Assembly (NCBI GenBank): GCA_963674695.2
Contig: CAXXGI010000001.1
Location: 704,001 to 768,000, forward strand
Length of the DNA stretch: 64,000 bases
Source: a bacterium
GTDB lineage: Bacteria > UBA10199 > 2-02-FULL-44-16 > JAAZCA01
Direction: 5' to 3'
The notes under the pieces were generated by a model. The model saw only the letters and a program-made list of their open reading frames with translations, was not told where the DNA came from and searched no databases. The translations under genes and the position numbers were made by a program. Positions 1 to 9,586 of this stretch are shown here, in pieces; position 1 is the stretch's first letter; each line of letters opens with the position of its first letter.

Positions 1-37
1 TGCGATCTGGGGAGATGTTGCAGAAGGGGCAGGTCAT
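1..37 (-). CDS. 5' end of probable HIT-family protein (runs off window)
   Basis: ATG at 37 reads MTCPFCNISPDR, a typical HIT N-terminal CPFC zinc motif; begins just after the AbiEii stop. Confidence 0.6.
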   Translation of the reverse strand, partial: MTCPFCNISPDR

Positions 38-46
38 GGTTCGTTT

Positions 47-1090
47 CTAAGCCTCTTTTTCACATATGCGATGAATGCGGACTTCAAGCTCGCTCAAACC
101 TTCGATGATCGTCTTCCACTCGGGGTAATCGCCGAAGATCATGGCTTGCATCTGCGCGTAGTCGCTGCGGAGGTCCGCCATGCGTTCGTGTGGCGGCACC
201 AGATGGAAGCTGCCTGGCATGGCCGTCTCAAAATGTTTCCATGCCGCGCGGAAGAAAACCAGCTTGTGCTGGACAACCCTCTTGAGGAGATCGATTTGTC
301 TCAAGGCCTTGTCAGCGAAGGTGGTCTTCGAAAGCTGATAGAGATCATAGTAGTGGCGCGCCAAACGTTCCCTTGAAGGCTCCTCCGTAGATCGATGGTA
401 TTCGCCGTGGAGAAGCGTCGCTTTCTCCCAGAAGGTTCGTTCCGCTTCGAGCGTATAGACACGACACGAAGGATTATCGGTGAACACCAGAGGAAACGCA
501 TCGGCCGCGTAGGGTTTGATATCGTGATCCTCTCCCGGCCAGTCGTCCGAACGCGCGCCCATTTCCAGGCGGATTGCAGGCCGGATGTAATGGCTTGGCT
601 CACCGGCGATATCGGTGGCGGGATAGGTGAAGAGGATGGTCTGTGGATCGAGCGGATCGATCTCAAGACGCCAACCCTTGCCCCCAAGCACGCCTGCGAA
701 ATCTTCCTGAAGTTTTGGCAGAAGACTTTCGCGGATACTCTTCTTGCAGGCATCGGTGAGCGCTTCGATCCTGCGCCGTGCTTCCTTCGCACTAATACCA
801 GGCTGTTCGGGATCATGATCGTCAGCGAAACCAAGATCACGGCGGGAAAGCGAAAGGCCCACATCCTCCGAAAACCGCTCGATCACGTTGTACGCCTTTG
901 AGAGCGATGTACCACCCTTGAAAATCAAGTGAGGGCGATAGCGGATGACGTCGAAGAGCCGTCGGAGGGTCCAACAAACCCAAAAGTCTTTCTCGATGAT
1001 GAGAGGCGAGCGTTCCGGATGCAATGCGACAGCGGTACGCCGGAACAAATCAGCGCGATCCACAGGAGATGATTGAGCAACGCGATCCAT
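47..1090 (-). CDS. abiEii: AbiEii-family nucleotidyltransferase toxin (type IV TA)
   Basis: IEKDFWV, FKGGTSLSKAY, RFSED, ERTFWEK, RHYYD motifs; adjacent to antitoxin. Confidence 0.9.
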   Translation of the reverse strand: MDRVAQSSPVDRADLFRRTAVALHPERSPLIIEKDFWVCWTLRRLFDVIRYRPHLIFKGGTSLSKAYNVIERFSEDVGLSLSRRDLGFADDHDPEQPGISAKEARRRIEALTDACKKSIRESLLPKLQEDFAGVLGGKGWRLEIDPLDPQTILFTYPATDIAGEPSHYIRPAIRLEMGARSDDWPGEDHDIKPYAADAFPLVFTDNPSCRVYTLEAERTFWEKATLLHGEYHRSTEEPSRERLARHYYDLYQLSKTTFADKALRQIDLLKRVVQHKLVFFRAAWKHFETAMPGSFHLVPPHERMADLRSDYAQMQAMIFGDYPEWKTIIEGLSELEVRIHRICEKEA

Positions 1091-1713
1091 CAGCCCCTCC
1101 GGCCCGCAATGATTTTTTCAAGGACCGGCTTCATCCATGCGGCCGCATGAGGAAGATTTCGTTTCAACTCGTTCCTGTCCTTCGTGGTCAGGATGGAACT
1201 CAACCGGGCAATGACCTTCGACGTCATTCCTTTCGTGCCCAAATACCGGAGGGCCTGAAAAACGAGAGCGCTTACGTAACCGCGCACATCCATGGTCTTG
1301 GGCCCGCGGTTCAGAAGCCGCACCGTGTGGAGACCGAACGTCACTGTCCTGGTTCGACCGTTCGTATAGTAGATGATCTTTGCCGGTACCTGCGTCGAGA
1401 GACCGAGGAGATTGGCGGCAAGTGCTCCGGAGGGGATAACTTTCAACCCGTTTTTTTTGGCCCAGGCACGCACCATCTCGTCAGGAGGCGGGGGCATATC
1501 CTGACCCAGCAATGTGCTTACGCGCGGCAGGGCATACAGGCCACGCCGCACCCTCACGATCTTCCCCTGTTTCACCAGGCGGGAGAGGGCCTGCCGAACT
1601 GCAGTCTGGGTCCCCATATCGAGCAAATCGGCAATAGGCACCACACGCCCCCTCTTCGCGCTTATCCTTTTAAATACCTTATTAATAACGTTATTTTTCA
1701 TTTTGACCCGCAT
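1090..1713 (-). CDS. abiEi: AbiEi-like antitoxin / wHTH regulator (DUF6088-like)
   Basis: wHTH (VRQALSRLVKQGKIVRVRRGLY), ALAANLLGLSTQVP; 1-nt overlap with toxin gene. Confidence 0.85.
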   Translation of the reverse strand: MRVKMKNNVINKVFKRISAKRGRVVPIADLLDMGTQTAVRQALSRLVKQGKIVRVRRGLYALPRVSTLLGQDMPPPPDEMVRAWAKKNGLKVIPSGALAANLLGLSTQVPAKIIYYTNGRTRTVTFGLHTVRLLNRGPKTMDVRGYVSALVFQALRYLGTKGMTSKVIARLSSILTTKDRNELKRNLPHAAAWMKPVLEKIIAGRRG

Positions 1714-1717
1714 TTAA

Positions 1718-1773
1718 GTCACAAACTACGATCGTTTTTTGTGACATATCTCATGGACTTTCATCACTGTCAA
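1718..1773 (-). promoter_or_regulatory. AbiE promoter with inverted-repeat operator
   Basis: GTCACAAA (1718-1725) / TTTGTGAC (1738-1745) inverted repeat; TTGACA -35 on minus strand at 1768-1773. Confidence 0.6.
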
Positions 1774-1828
1774 CCACGCCCTCGGCGACGATGCGATCAT
1801 CATGCACATTGCAAAAGGGACAGGTCAT
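1751..1828 (-). pseudogene. Truncated HIT-family 5' fragment
   Basis: Reads MTCPFCNVHDDRIVAE then stops after 25 aa; paralogous to the gene start at 37. Confidence 0.6.
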
Positions 1829-1845
1829 GTCTTGTGCTCCATTCG

Positions 1846-2964
1846 CTACAGGAGATCGCGAACACGATTGATATCGATCTCAGAGAATTCCTTCCCGCGC
1901 ATCCACAACATCGTGCGCTCGGGCAGATGATAGTAGATCGATCGGGCAACGCCCAACGATTTTTCCACATCCCCCTCGATGCGACACTTTTCTGCAATGC
2001 GCGCCAAGTCATTGAATGACGTTGTACCCGTATCATTGCGTCGACACCAGCGCGCCACATGCTCGTCGGAGGCGAGAAAATCGCGTTTGTCGCGATTGCA
2101 CCGCTCGTCCGCGAGGACAAGGTTGTAGATTCCATTGTTTGGATAGCGTGACCAGGGGATGAAGTGATCCACCTCTGCCTTTTTCCCAATCTTTGAGCCA
2201 CAATAGAAACACCTATTGTCCTGCACCGCCTGCAGCCCCGGACGAACAGCGATCAGCGCCTTGCGGCTCATGCCGAAGAGAAACTCCTCGAGCCGAGATT
2301 CCTCGAGACCGTTGATCGCCGCCACCATCCTGGCCCAATGGCGATATAGGATGGGGCGAAGCAAGCTGTTGAGCAGCACCAGCCCTTCAGCAACGCCGGG
2401 CCGGAAGTGGATACGATTGTCGAACGAACCTCCAGCATCCTTCTGATAGCGCGTGACCTCTTTTTGCATGCGATCCACATCGCCCTTTCGCCACGCGATG
2501 TCGTAGATGAAGCGATCCTCCTGCCCACCGATCACCTGGACCCTGGGCAGGGGCATCTTGATCAACGTCCGTTCGATCGCCTTCACCAGACGATCGATCT
2601 TTGCGGGCGCCACATACCGCGCCGTGGCGAGGCTTATCGAGGGATCCGACAATGCCTTCCTGCATCGCTGAATATCGCTCAGGATCTGCGCCTGCCCCTT
2701 CGTGTTCTGATGGAGCACCCGCATCGAGCGGGAGACCGAGAACGGCATCGTGTGCGGCCAATAGAGATCGAGGACCTTCTCCGCCAACTGCCGCGTCGTC
2801 ACCATCTCTGGCGCCCGCAACCCCTTCTCCGTGCGCTCCATGCACAGATCGATGAGCCCCAGTATCACCGCATACTTGTAGGTCGCGGTAAAAGAACCTT
2901 CATCCAAGAGGTTCAATATCCGCTCGGCGAGGGTGATGGGGGAGTGGTCGAAGTGGTTACCCAT
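1846..2964 (-). CDS. HNH endonuclease domain protein (restriction-like)
   Basis: ATYKYA N-terminus; CFYCG...EVDHFIPWSRYPNN..NLVLA..CNRDK HNH motif. Confidence 0.85.
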   Translation of the reverse strand: MGNHFDHSPITLAERILNLLDEGSFTATYKYAVILGLIDLCMERTEKGLRAPEMVTTRQLAEKVLDLYWPHTMPFSVSRSMRVLHQNTKGQAQILSDIQRCRKALSDPSISLATARYVAPAKIDRLVKAIERTLIKMPLPRVQVIGGQEDRFIYDIAWRKGDVDRMQKEVTRYQKDAGGSFDNRIHFRPGVAEGLVLLNSLLRPILYRHWARMVAAINGLEESRLEEFLFGMSRKALIAVRPGLQAVQDNRCFYCGSKIGKKAEVDHFIPWSRYPNNGIYNLVLADERCNRDKRDFLASDEHVARWCRRNDTGTTSFNDLARIAEKCRIEGDVEKSLGVARSIYYHLPERTMLWMRGKEFSEIDINRVRDLL

Positions 2965-3008
2965 GAAAAGATCCCGACAGATCGAGAATTGCGTATTCCG
3001 ATGACATG

Positions 3009-3042
3009 ACCATACAAGAAGATGCCGTCAGCTTGGGGCGGT
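3009..3042 (-). promoter_or_regulatory. Weaker match to putative WYL-dependent promoter motif, upstream of HNH gene
   Basis: Minus strand ACCGCCC-CAAGC-TGACG-N11-TATGGT. Confidence 0.4.
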
Positions 3043-3099
3043 TGCACCCGCAGACTCGCGCCATCAACCAATTCCATCATAAGAAATCATTTAGAGTGC

Positions 3100-3690
3100 T
3101 CAGAACAGCATCATATATAACTTAGGATAAGTCTTCTTATACCATCTCATAAATTCTTCCGCGTTGCTTCTAAAATGCAATGCAAACTGATTGAACAAAT
3201 CATCATATTTATGAAATCCATCATACGGTTTTTCCCTAGAGGCTCTCAATATGGTTCGCACCCTTTGGTGCTGTGATTGGAGGTAACACAATCTCCGTTG
3301 TCCATTGAGACGATAATCATCTTTTCTATTCAGTCGCCGCCTATCTGTGTAGTCAGGCGTTCCACCAAGCAACTCAAAGATGATAGCTACCAAAGAAAGA
3401 ATGATAGAGGGATCAAATACTTCGCTCTCCTCACAAGCCTTTTTTATGTTGCTAATATATTTATCCAATTGCGCTTTATGAAAGCCATCGGTCTGCACAT
3501 TCATCAAAACAGCCTTCTCGATGGAAATACTTATTCTTTTCAGGAGTTTTTTCCATCTCCCTTCATCCCGTTTTCCATGCACATGAAGCATGGTTGAACC
3601 CAATATCTTGGCAAGATATATTTCTCCCAAAACAGAAAGCTCCACCTCATTCATGTTTCTTCTTTTTGTATTCGTCAGAATCGATGACAT
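3100..3690 (-). CDS. Hypothetical protein (low GC) in defence island
   Basis: 196-aa ORF co-oriented downstream of Shedu; no motif recognised; start may be the internal MNEVEL. Confidence 0.7.
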   Translation of the reverse strand: MSSILTNTKRRNMNEVELSVLGEIYLAKILGSTMLHVHGKRDEGRWKKLLKRISISIEKAVLMNVQTDGFHKAQLDKYISNIKKACEESEVFDPSIILSLVAIIFELLGGTPDYTDRRRLNRKDDYRLNGQRRLCYLQSQHQRVRTILRASREKPYDGFHKYDDLFNQFALHFRSNAEEFMRWYKKTYPKLYMMLF

Positions 3691-3810
3691 TTCTTAACCC
3701 ACTTTCATAATGATTGAGTTTCAGCCAACGCTTAATTCACAGGCCCATCAAATTAGCACATCTTCATGTTTTTCTAGCTGGCCTATGGTTCCTCACCAAT
3801 TCTCGCAACA

Positions 3811-4890
3811 TCAAGATGGACAATCAATGCTGTCATCAAATACTTCCAAATCATCAACTTCGTCTTCCACATCCCGCGGCGAATGACTCAATATTTCCAC
3901 CAATCTTTCCCCCTGAGAAAGCAATTGATCGTATGTCATTACAGTTACACCTGACAGTCGACGGTTCAATCCATGAAGAGCCTTAAGCTTCTCCCTAGCC
4001 CAATCATTTGACCGGCCAATAACAATTATTGCTCGCGGATGATAAGCCACTATTTCTGGATGATCTCTCAACCCCTCGCCTGCAACCTCATGAAGAACAT
4101 CTAGATATCTATGGCATTGACCAATGGCACGCGACACATCAGCTGAATAATAATAATTTCGGTGCGCTTCATCGTAAAGCAATGCACTTTGATCAGGCCT
4201 CTTTAATTCAACGATATCTCTGTATCCAGATATTACAGTCGGAAGCAATATATCGAGCCTATCACCAGCAGATATGTCCCTTGCTTCATCTCGCATCACA
4301 TAAGCATTACCAAATGCCCAGCTGTGTTCTTCACACCATTTTTGATATATATTTTCAGATACTTCTCCATTATTTAGATATTCTCTGAGTGTTGCTACAG
4401 CCGACCTCATCTCCTTTAAACGAATTGCGCCACGAAACGCGTTAATCAATTCTTCACTTAATTCGGATGAACCTAAATGTTTGACTATTTCTTCACTTGA
4501 CAACACTTTAGTCAGTGCTGCCGCAACTGCTGCGGGATCGTGCGTGCCTATCTGTGCCGTACCTTCAGTAACCCTAATCAGTACATAACTACCATCTTCT
4601 TCCTCTTGTGCTATTGCAAACAAGCCCTTAAGTTCCACATACAGCCTACGTGCAGTTTCCTCTTTCATTGATATGGATTTCTCTTCGATAATCGCCCAAT
4701 CTGCAGGAGGAGGACTTTTTTTGTATGTTACTAATTTAATCGCAAGCTGTGTACCGGCACTCCTAGGTATATAAAACGGGACGAGAACTAGGCGCGATGA
4801 ACGAGTCTCATGAATAACAATAGACTCACTATAGCTTACTTTTTCAGAGCTAGCTAACTTGCGGTCAATTGTTCTAATGTGTCCCATCAC
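3811..4890 (-). CDS. sduA: Shedu anti-phage nuclease SduA (DUF4263)
   Basis: E..YQKW..EHSWAFG, DILL...IVELKRP, RAIGQCHRY, IIVIGR, VMTYDQLL. Confidence 0.85.
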   Translation of the reverse strand: MMGHIRTIDRKLASSEKVSYSESIVIHETRSSRLVLVPFYIPRSAGTQLAIKLVTYKKSPPPADWAIIEEKSISMKEETARRLYVELKGLFAIAQEEEDGSYVLIRVTEGTAQIGTHDPAAVAAALTKVLSSEEIVKHLGSSELSEELINAFRGAIRLKEMRSAVATLREYLNNGEVSENIYQKWCEEHSWAFGNAYVMRDEARDISAGDRLDILLPTVISGYRDIVELKRPDQSALLYDEAHRNYYYSADVSRAIGQCHRYLDVLHEVAGEGLRDHPEIVAYHPRAIIVIGRSNDWAREKLKALHGLNRRLSGVTVMTYDQLLSQGERLVEILSHSPRDVEDEVDDLEVFDDSIDCPS

Positions 4891-4908
4891 AGCCTCCAGA
4901 TTCCATCC

Positions 4909-6942
4909 TTACTCCACCCCCAACGCCTTGAACACCGCATCTACCGGGTCTGAATAGAAGCTCGTTTGGAACTTTGCGAAGAGTTCGCTGGGGACTGTGG
5001 GGATATCCTTTACGCTGCTCATGGGGATCAGGATGCGCTTTGCACCAGCATCGAAGGCGGCTTGGAGCGATTCGGCCAAGTTCTCAACGGGCACGATGTT
5101 GCCGCCGAGACTCATATCCCCAAAAACTGCCATCTGACTCTGGAGTGGTTTTTCAAGGATACCCGAACAAAATGCGATAAAACTTGCCAATGTCATAGCC
5201 GTAGCATAGCCCGCATTATTCAGTTCAACAACATGCAGGTGGTAATCGTGATTGAGTGCCTTAACCGCAGCGCTGACACGGGATACATTGGCCTTAAAAT
5301 AATCGAATGAAACTTTTATTGGTTCCTTGGCTTTTTGGTTAGACCCAAAACCTGACATGTTCAATTTTCCAGTGCCTTGCGTCACTTGCAATTCTATTCG
5401 ATATATACCCAACAACCCGCCCGATCCTGTCGCAATCGTGAAGAGATTACCACAAGGCAAAGGATCCTCAGGTATTAACGACCCTCCTCCCTGCTCAAGA
5501 ACACCTACAAAACGCTCCTCCATTGTTTCCGTATCAATGTAACTGAAATGAACATCGTAAAATTCCATGCCGCCGATCTTCTTTAATTGTTCCTTAATCC
5601 GTCGGCGAACCTCAAGGGCATATTCCAGACACTGGCGCACAGCCTCTTTATCATATTCGCCATGAGGATGGAGAAGTTTAAGCAATCCCGATACAGTTCT
5701 CTTCACCGCAATCGTATCACGCTGATTAAGATTATTGCCCAGCTTGTAATACTTATCTATTGCATCTGAGAAATTATACTTGCGCATTTCACGAAGGTAT
5801 TCGGCCAGATAATCAACGATCATTCCGTATTGATTCGTAAAAAACTCTGGCCTCATCTTGGGAATTTCCCACCCCGGAATATAGTTGTGAAAGCGATCGA
5901 AAAAAGCCGTATCTATTAAAACCTCTGCGAATGGAGCCAGGAGATGGCTGGTTTTTACGAGGGTATCCACGCTCTGGTTGATGTTGCCGACAAATACCAT
6001 GGAGGCATTTGCGCTGATGGCATCTCGGCCACGCGAAAACGAGCCTGAAGCCATAAAATCCTTCATAATCTGCACACCGTCTTTGTCTTTGAAGGAGATC
6101 CCAGCAACCTCATCAAAGGCCACCACATCCCACACACCAACGAGCCCAACCTGCCGGGTCCCCATATTGTAAAAAAGATTGGCCACCGTCGTCTGGCCGC
6201 CCGATACAAGTATGCTATTGGGGCTGATTTCCTTATAGATATGACTCTTACCTGTGCCCCTTGGTCCCAATTCACACATATTATAGTTATTCTCAACGAG
6301 AGGGATGAGCCTGGCTATGAGATGCCATTTCACACGGGCATCCAAAACCGATGGTTCCATTCCAGTCGAACGGATCAATGCATCCATCCACTGTTCCTGC
6401 GTAAAGTACTTGCGTCCCTCAAAAAGCTCTTTTACATCCATATTCGGCAGCTGAATTGGTTTGAGTTCTGAAATACCGAATGGCGACCCCTTCTGACTCT
6501 CCTCGTAATAATAGTTCATGGAGACTATGCACCAGATACCGCCAGAGAGGAGCTTTTCGTACTTCTTAACGGTGTTGCTGGATATCTCGATTCCTTTTAC
6601 TCCCAGGTTCAACAAATAAGCCTCATAAACATCCCTTTTCTCATTGAGCTTAACGGTAACCTTGTCGATGATCTTATATGCTCCCTGCTCCTTGATCTTT
6701 GATTTTACTTTCTCAGCCTCATCGGGGCGCACATAATTTTCAGCAAGGATCTTCTTAACGGTAACCAAACCATCCTCAATGACCTTTTCGTCATCGGAAG
6801 CGCAATACATCCCTAGAAGATATTCGAGCACATACACAGGGACGTTAGCACCTTCCTTGACCATCTTGGTCAGGTCTTTACGAACCACCTTCCCCTGAAA
6901 GTGGCGATTCAATAAGGTATCGAGGCTGATGTTCTCATCCAT
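4909..6942 (-). CDS. brxL: BREX Lon-like protein BrxL
   Basis: GKVVRKDL, VPVYVLEYLLG, ELGPRGTGKS Walker A, C-terminal Lon-like domain; AAGGAG RBS before 6942. Confidence 0.95.
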   Translation of the reverse strand: MDENISLDTLLNRHFQGKVVRKDLTKMVKEGANVPVYVLEYLLGMYCASDDEKVIEDGLVTVKKILAENYVRPDEAEKVKSKIKEQGAYKIIDKVTVKLNEKRDVYEAYLLNLGVKGIEISSNTVKKYEKLLSGGIWCIVSMNYYYEESQKGSPFGISELKPIQLPNMDVKELFEGRKYFTQEQWMDALIRSTGMEPSVLDARVKWHLIARLIPLVENNYNMCELGPRGTGKSHIYKEISPNSILVSGGQTTVANLFYNMGTRQVGLVGVWDVVAFDEVAGISFKDKDGVQIMKDFMASGSFSRGRDAISANASMVFVGNINQSVDTLVKTSHLLAPFAEVLIDTAFFDRFHNYIPGWEIPKMRPEFFTNQYGMIVDYLAEYLREMRKYNFSDAIDKYYKLGNNLNQRDTIAVKRTVSGLLKLLHPHGEYDKEAVRQCLEYALEVRRRIKEQLKKIGGMEFYDVHFSYIDTETMEERFVGVLEQGGGSLIPEDPLPCGNLFTIATGSGGLLGIYRIELQVTQGTGKLNMSGFGSNQKAKEPIKVSFDYFKANVSRVSAAVKALNHDYHLHVVELNNAGYATAMTLASFIAFCSGILEKPLQSQMAVFGDMSLGGNIVPVENLAESLQAAFDAGAKRILIPMSSVKDIPTVPSELFAKFQTSFYSDPVDAVFKALGVE

Positions 6943-6955
6943 TGTAAACACTCCT

Positions 6956-9586
6956 TTAAAAATCACTGCTGAAAGCCAGGTCTATGATTATCGGTATCCG
7001 TAGATACTCTATGTTTGTTTCTGGATCGCGCAAAACCAGGGAATACTCATGCTTGTTGTCGTATTGCCCTGCCTTTACTCTTAAACTAGCTATTTTCTTA
7101 CGCTCATCCATCGAAGGGGACTTACTGTCGAAGGTAAGGGCAACTTCGTTGCTAATGAGATCGTTTCCATTACGCAAAGAAACCATGAGCGTCCTGGGGA
7201 GGATGCGTTCTGTTATGGCTTCGGTTTGGATGAACTCAAAACGCTGCAAGCTGTTTACGATCTTTCGGATATTCCCCAAAATTGAGACATCCACTCTTTT
7301 CACAGATGACCTCTCAATTGCCTGGCCATGAAGCTCCTTGACTGTGATAACGGGAACGATAATTTCCTGGGGCATTGCTCCACCGTGAACAAATTTTGCA
7401 CCACCTGCAAAGTGAAAGCGGCTTGCGCCCTTTGGAATCCAGAACTCCATGTCATCCTTGGTTCCAGCTGTTATGTGGGTCATTCCCTTCCAGATATTAC
7501 GATCTTCGCCAAGCCCGCGCCCTATCAAATAGCGTTTATTTCCGTGTATGGCATTCGCTGGCTTCTCACCCAAAGTACTTCGATCTTGCTCGGTCAGATC
7601 ACCCTCCCTGAAGAGAAAACCATGATCTGCCGTAATGAAGACCTGGCTTCCATTTAAGTTGTTGATTATGTGACTCACCAAGTCTGAAAGCTCGTTTATG
7701 GACTCACGAACAGCATTAAATGTGTGCGCCTCAGTAGCAGCCTTATCTCCCGTTGCATCAATTTGATCCTGAAATACGTAGATGATACGCCACGGTTTCG
7801 CAAAACTTCTCCCCTTGTCACGACTCATCTTTCTCAACTCACCCGAATGAATTGCTACACCCTGATATTTCTCAAGGATTTTTGATCTCTGCTCAATGGA
7901 TGAGGTGGGCAAACCGTCCAGCAATACACTTGCGCTAGAGTCTTCCTTATAGGAAATGACCTCATGGGGCATCAGGGCTGCCTTCCCCAGAGCAGTGTAG
8001 CTCGGAAGAACGCCCAGCATGCTCGCCAAATCCGCCTTAAATCTCTTCTTTCCGTTTATCTCGGCTGCAAGTTCTTGGGCGACTTCAAACCGAAAGGCAT
8101 CGCTTACAATCACATAAACTGTGCCATTGGGCGTATCCTTCAAAACTTTGTCGATATGTTTTACAAAGAAATCCTGTTGATTCGTGATGTCTGCCAGGCT
8201 CCAGTGATCCAACAACCCCTCGCCGTCCTTTGGTTGGAAGAACCTTCCCCAGGAAATTGCCAATTGATCAACGTACCATTTGCTATAGCAGGCCTCTACG
8301 GAGCATTTCAGTTCCTTCAAAATGTCCCAACCTCTGTTTTCGGTCTTCGTAGCACGTTCATGGTAGAGGCGATAGAGCTGGTCGAATCTAAATAGTTTTT
8401 GAACATAGGCATCATACATTGCCTTCGCATTAGGATAGCTAAATCCCTCATCATGCAGCTTTCTCAATTCGTGCAAATCCGCTGCAGATTCCAAAGCCTT
8501 GTATGTTGCCAGATAGTCATTTCCGCTTTTTTCTTTATTAAGACCAAAGTAGGGACTTGCCCAATAACCGTCACATCGTTTGCTGATCACCTCTTTGATA
8601 TGCGAAGGATTTAATAATTCCCCCTCCAAGAGATTATCGCGCAGACACCTGGCAATGCGCTTCTCCACTGCTTCAAACGTCATCACATCGACTAAATCAT
8701 CTTCACTCATATCGCCGATGTGATCATCTATTCTTAATTCACGCCCGATATGATCGGATATAATGTCATAATATTGGCTCAATCTGGCATTTCCACGCCA
8801 CTGGGAAAGAAACACGGCTGCATTTGTGCTGAGCGAGCTGTTCGGTAACTGAAGATGATCCAGAGATTGTGGATACGGACACTTCAGATGTGAAACAAAA
8901 TCAGTAACCATGATTCTCAGTAACAAATCAGAAAGATTTTTCTCATCATGGTGATAGCCGAAGAAAGCGCGCATCAATTCCCAAAAATAATCATTGAGCC
9001 CATATTTCTCAATCGAATCCCATAGTTTTTGAGGTGTGCGTAAGTCACAACGTCCGTCGCTACAATAGGCACTGAATAATCTCATCAAAACCTGAAAAAC
9101 CTCGGGCTGCTCAGACTTAACGACAACAGCAAGCATCTTGAGATCAACCGCGTCCTCATTATCATCCGCCCTTACCCACTCCTTCAACTTGTTCAATCGG
9201 TTTTTATTATTCAGAAAGGATTGACGCTTAATGAGATGATCGCGCATTAAATGACTGGTTAGGCCCAAATCATCAAGGAGTATTGATGCGCGATCCGCAT
9301 AGAACGTACGGCTATACAAACGAATATCGACCAACCAATCATCTTTGAGATCAGGTACTGGAAAGGGAGCATATACGAGGTATTTATTCTGTTTATCCTC
9401 AAGTTCCAACTTGGCTTTCACTTCAAGGGCACTCATTTCATCAAGTCGAATGAAACTGACACCCTCTATATCGAGAGAGCCTACATCCTCGTCAAATTCC
9501 TTATCCGCATCATACCAGAACACGATGCGGTGTTTTTCCTCAGAGTAGAGGCGACCCAGTGCGTCCGTTATCTTGGGAGCGATCAT
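6956..9586 (-). CDS. pglZ: BREX-1 phosphatase PglZ
   Basis: RIVFWYD, VIVSDAFRFEVA, LPSYTALG, ITADHGF, FVHGG. Confidence 0.95.
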   Translation of the reverse strand: MIAPKITDALGRLYSEEKHRIVFWYDADKEFDEDVGSLDIEGVSFIRLDEMSALEVKAKLELEDKQNKYLVYAPFPVPDLKDDWLVDIRLYSRTFYADRASILLDDLGLTSHLMRDHLIKRQSFLNNKNRLNKLKEWVRADDNEDAVDLKMLAVVVKSEQPEVFQVLMRLFSAYCSDGRCDLRTPQKLWDSIEKYGLNDYFWELMRAFFGYHHDEKNLSDLLLRIMVTDFVSHLKCPYPQSLDHLQLPNSSLSTNAAVFLSQWRGNARLSQYYDIISDHIGRELRIDDHIGDMSEDDLVDVMTFEAVEKRIARCLRDNLLEGELLNPSHIKEVISKRCDGYWASPYFGLNKEKSGNDYLATYKALESAADLHELRKLHDEGFSYPNAKAMYDAYVQKLFRFDQLYRLYHERATKTENRGWDILKELKCSVEACYSKWYVDQLAISWGRFFQPKDGEGLLDHWSLADITNQQDFFVKHIDKVLKDTPNGTVYVIVSDAFRFEVAQELAAEINGKKRFKADLASMLGVLPSYTALGKAALMPHEVISYKEDSSASVLLDGLPTSSIEQRSKILEKYQGVAIHSGELRKMSRDKGRSFAKPWRIIYVFQDQIDATGDKAATEAHTFNAVRESINELSDLVSHIINNLNGSQVFITADHGFLFREGDLTEQDRSTLGEKPANAIHGNKRYLIGRGLGEDRNIWKGMTHITAGTKDDMEFWIPKGASRFHFAGGAKFVHGGAMPQEIIVPVITVKELHGQAIERSSVKRVDVSILGNIRKIVNSLQRFEFIQTEAITERILPRTLMVSLRNGNDLISNEVALTFDSKSPSMDERKKIASLRVKAGQYDNKHEYSLVLRDPETNIEYLRIPIIIDLAFSSDF

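Noticed and set aside
3722-3742. attC-like half sites at gene junctions (also ~13145, 18003, 20757)
   Set aside because: Only short RYYYAAC-like matches; no complementary halves or integron integrase seen
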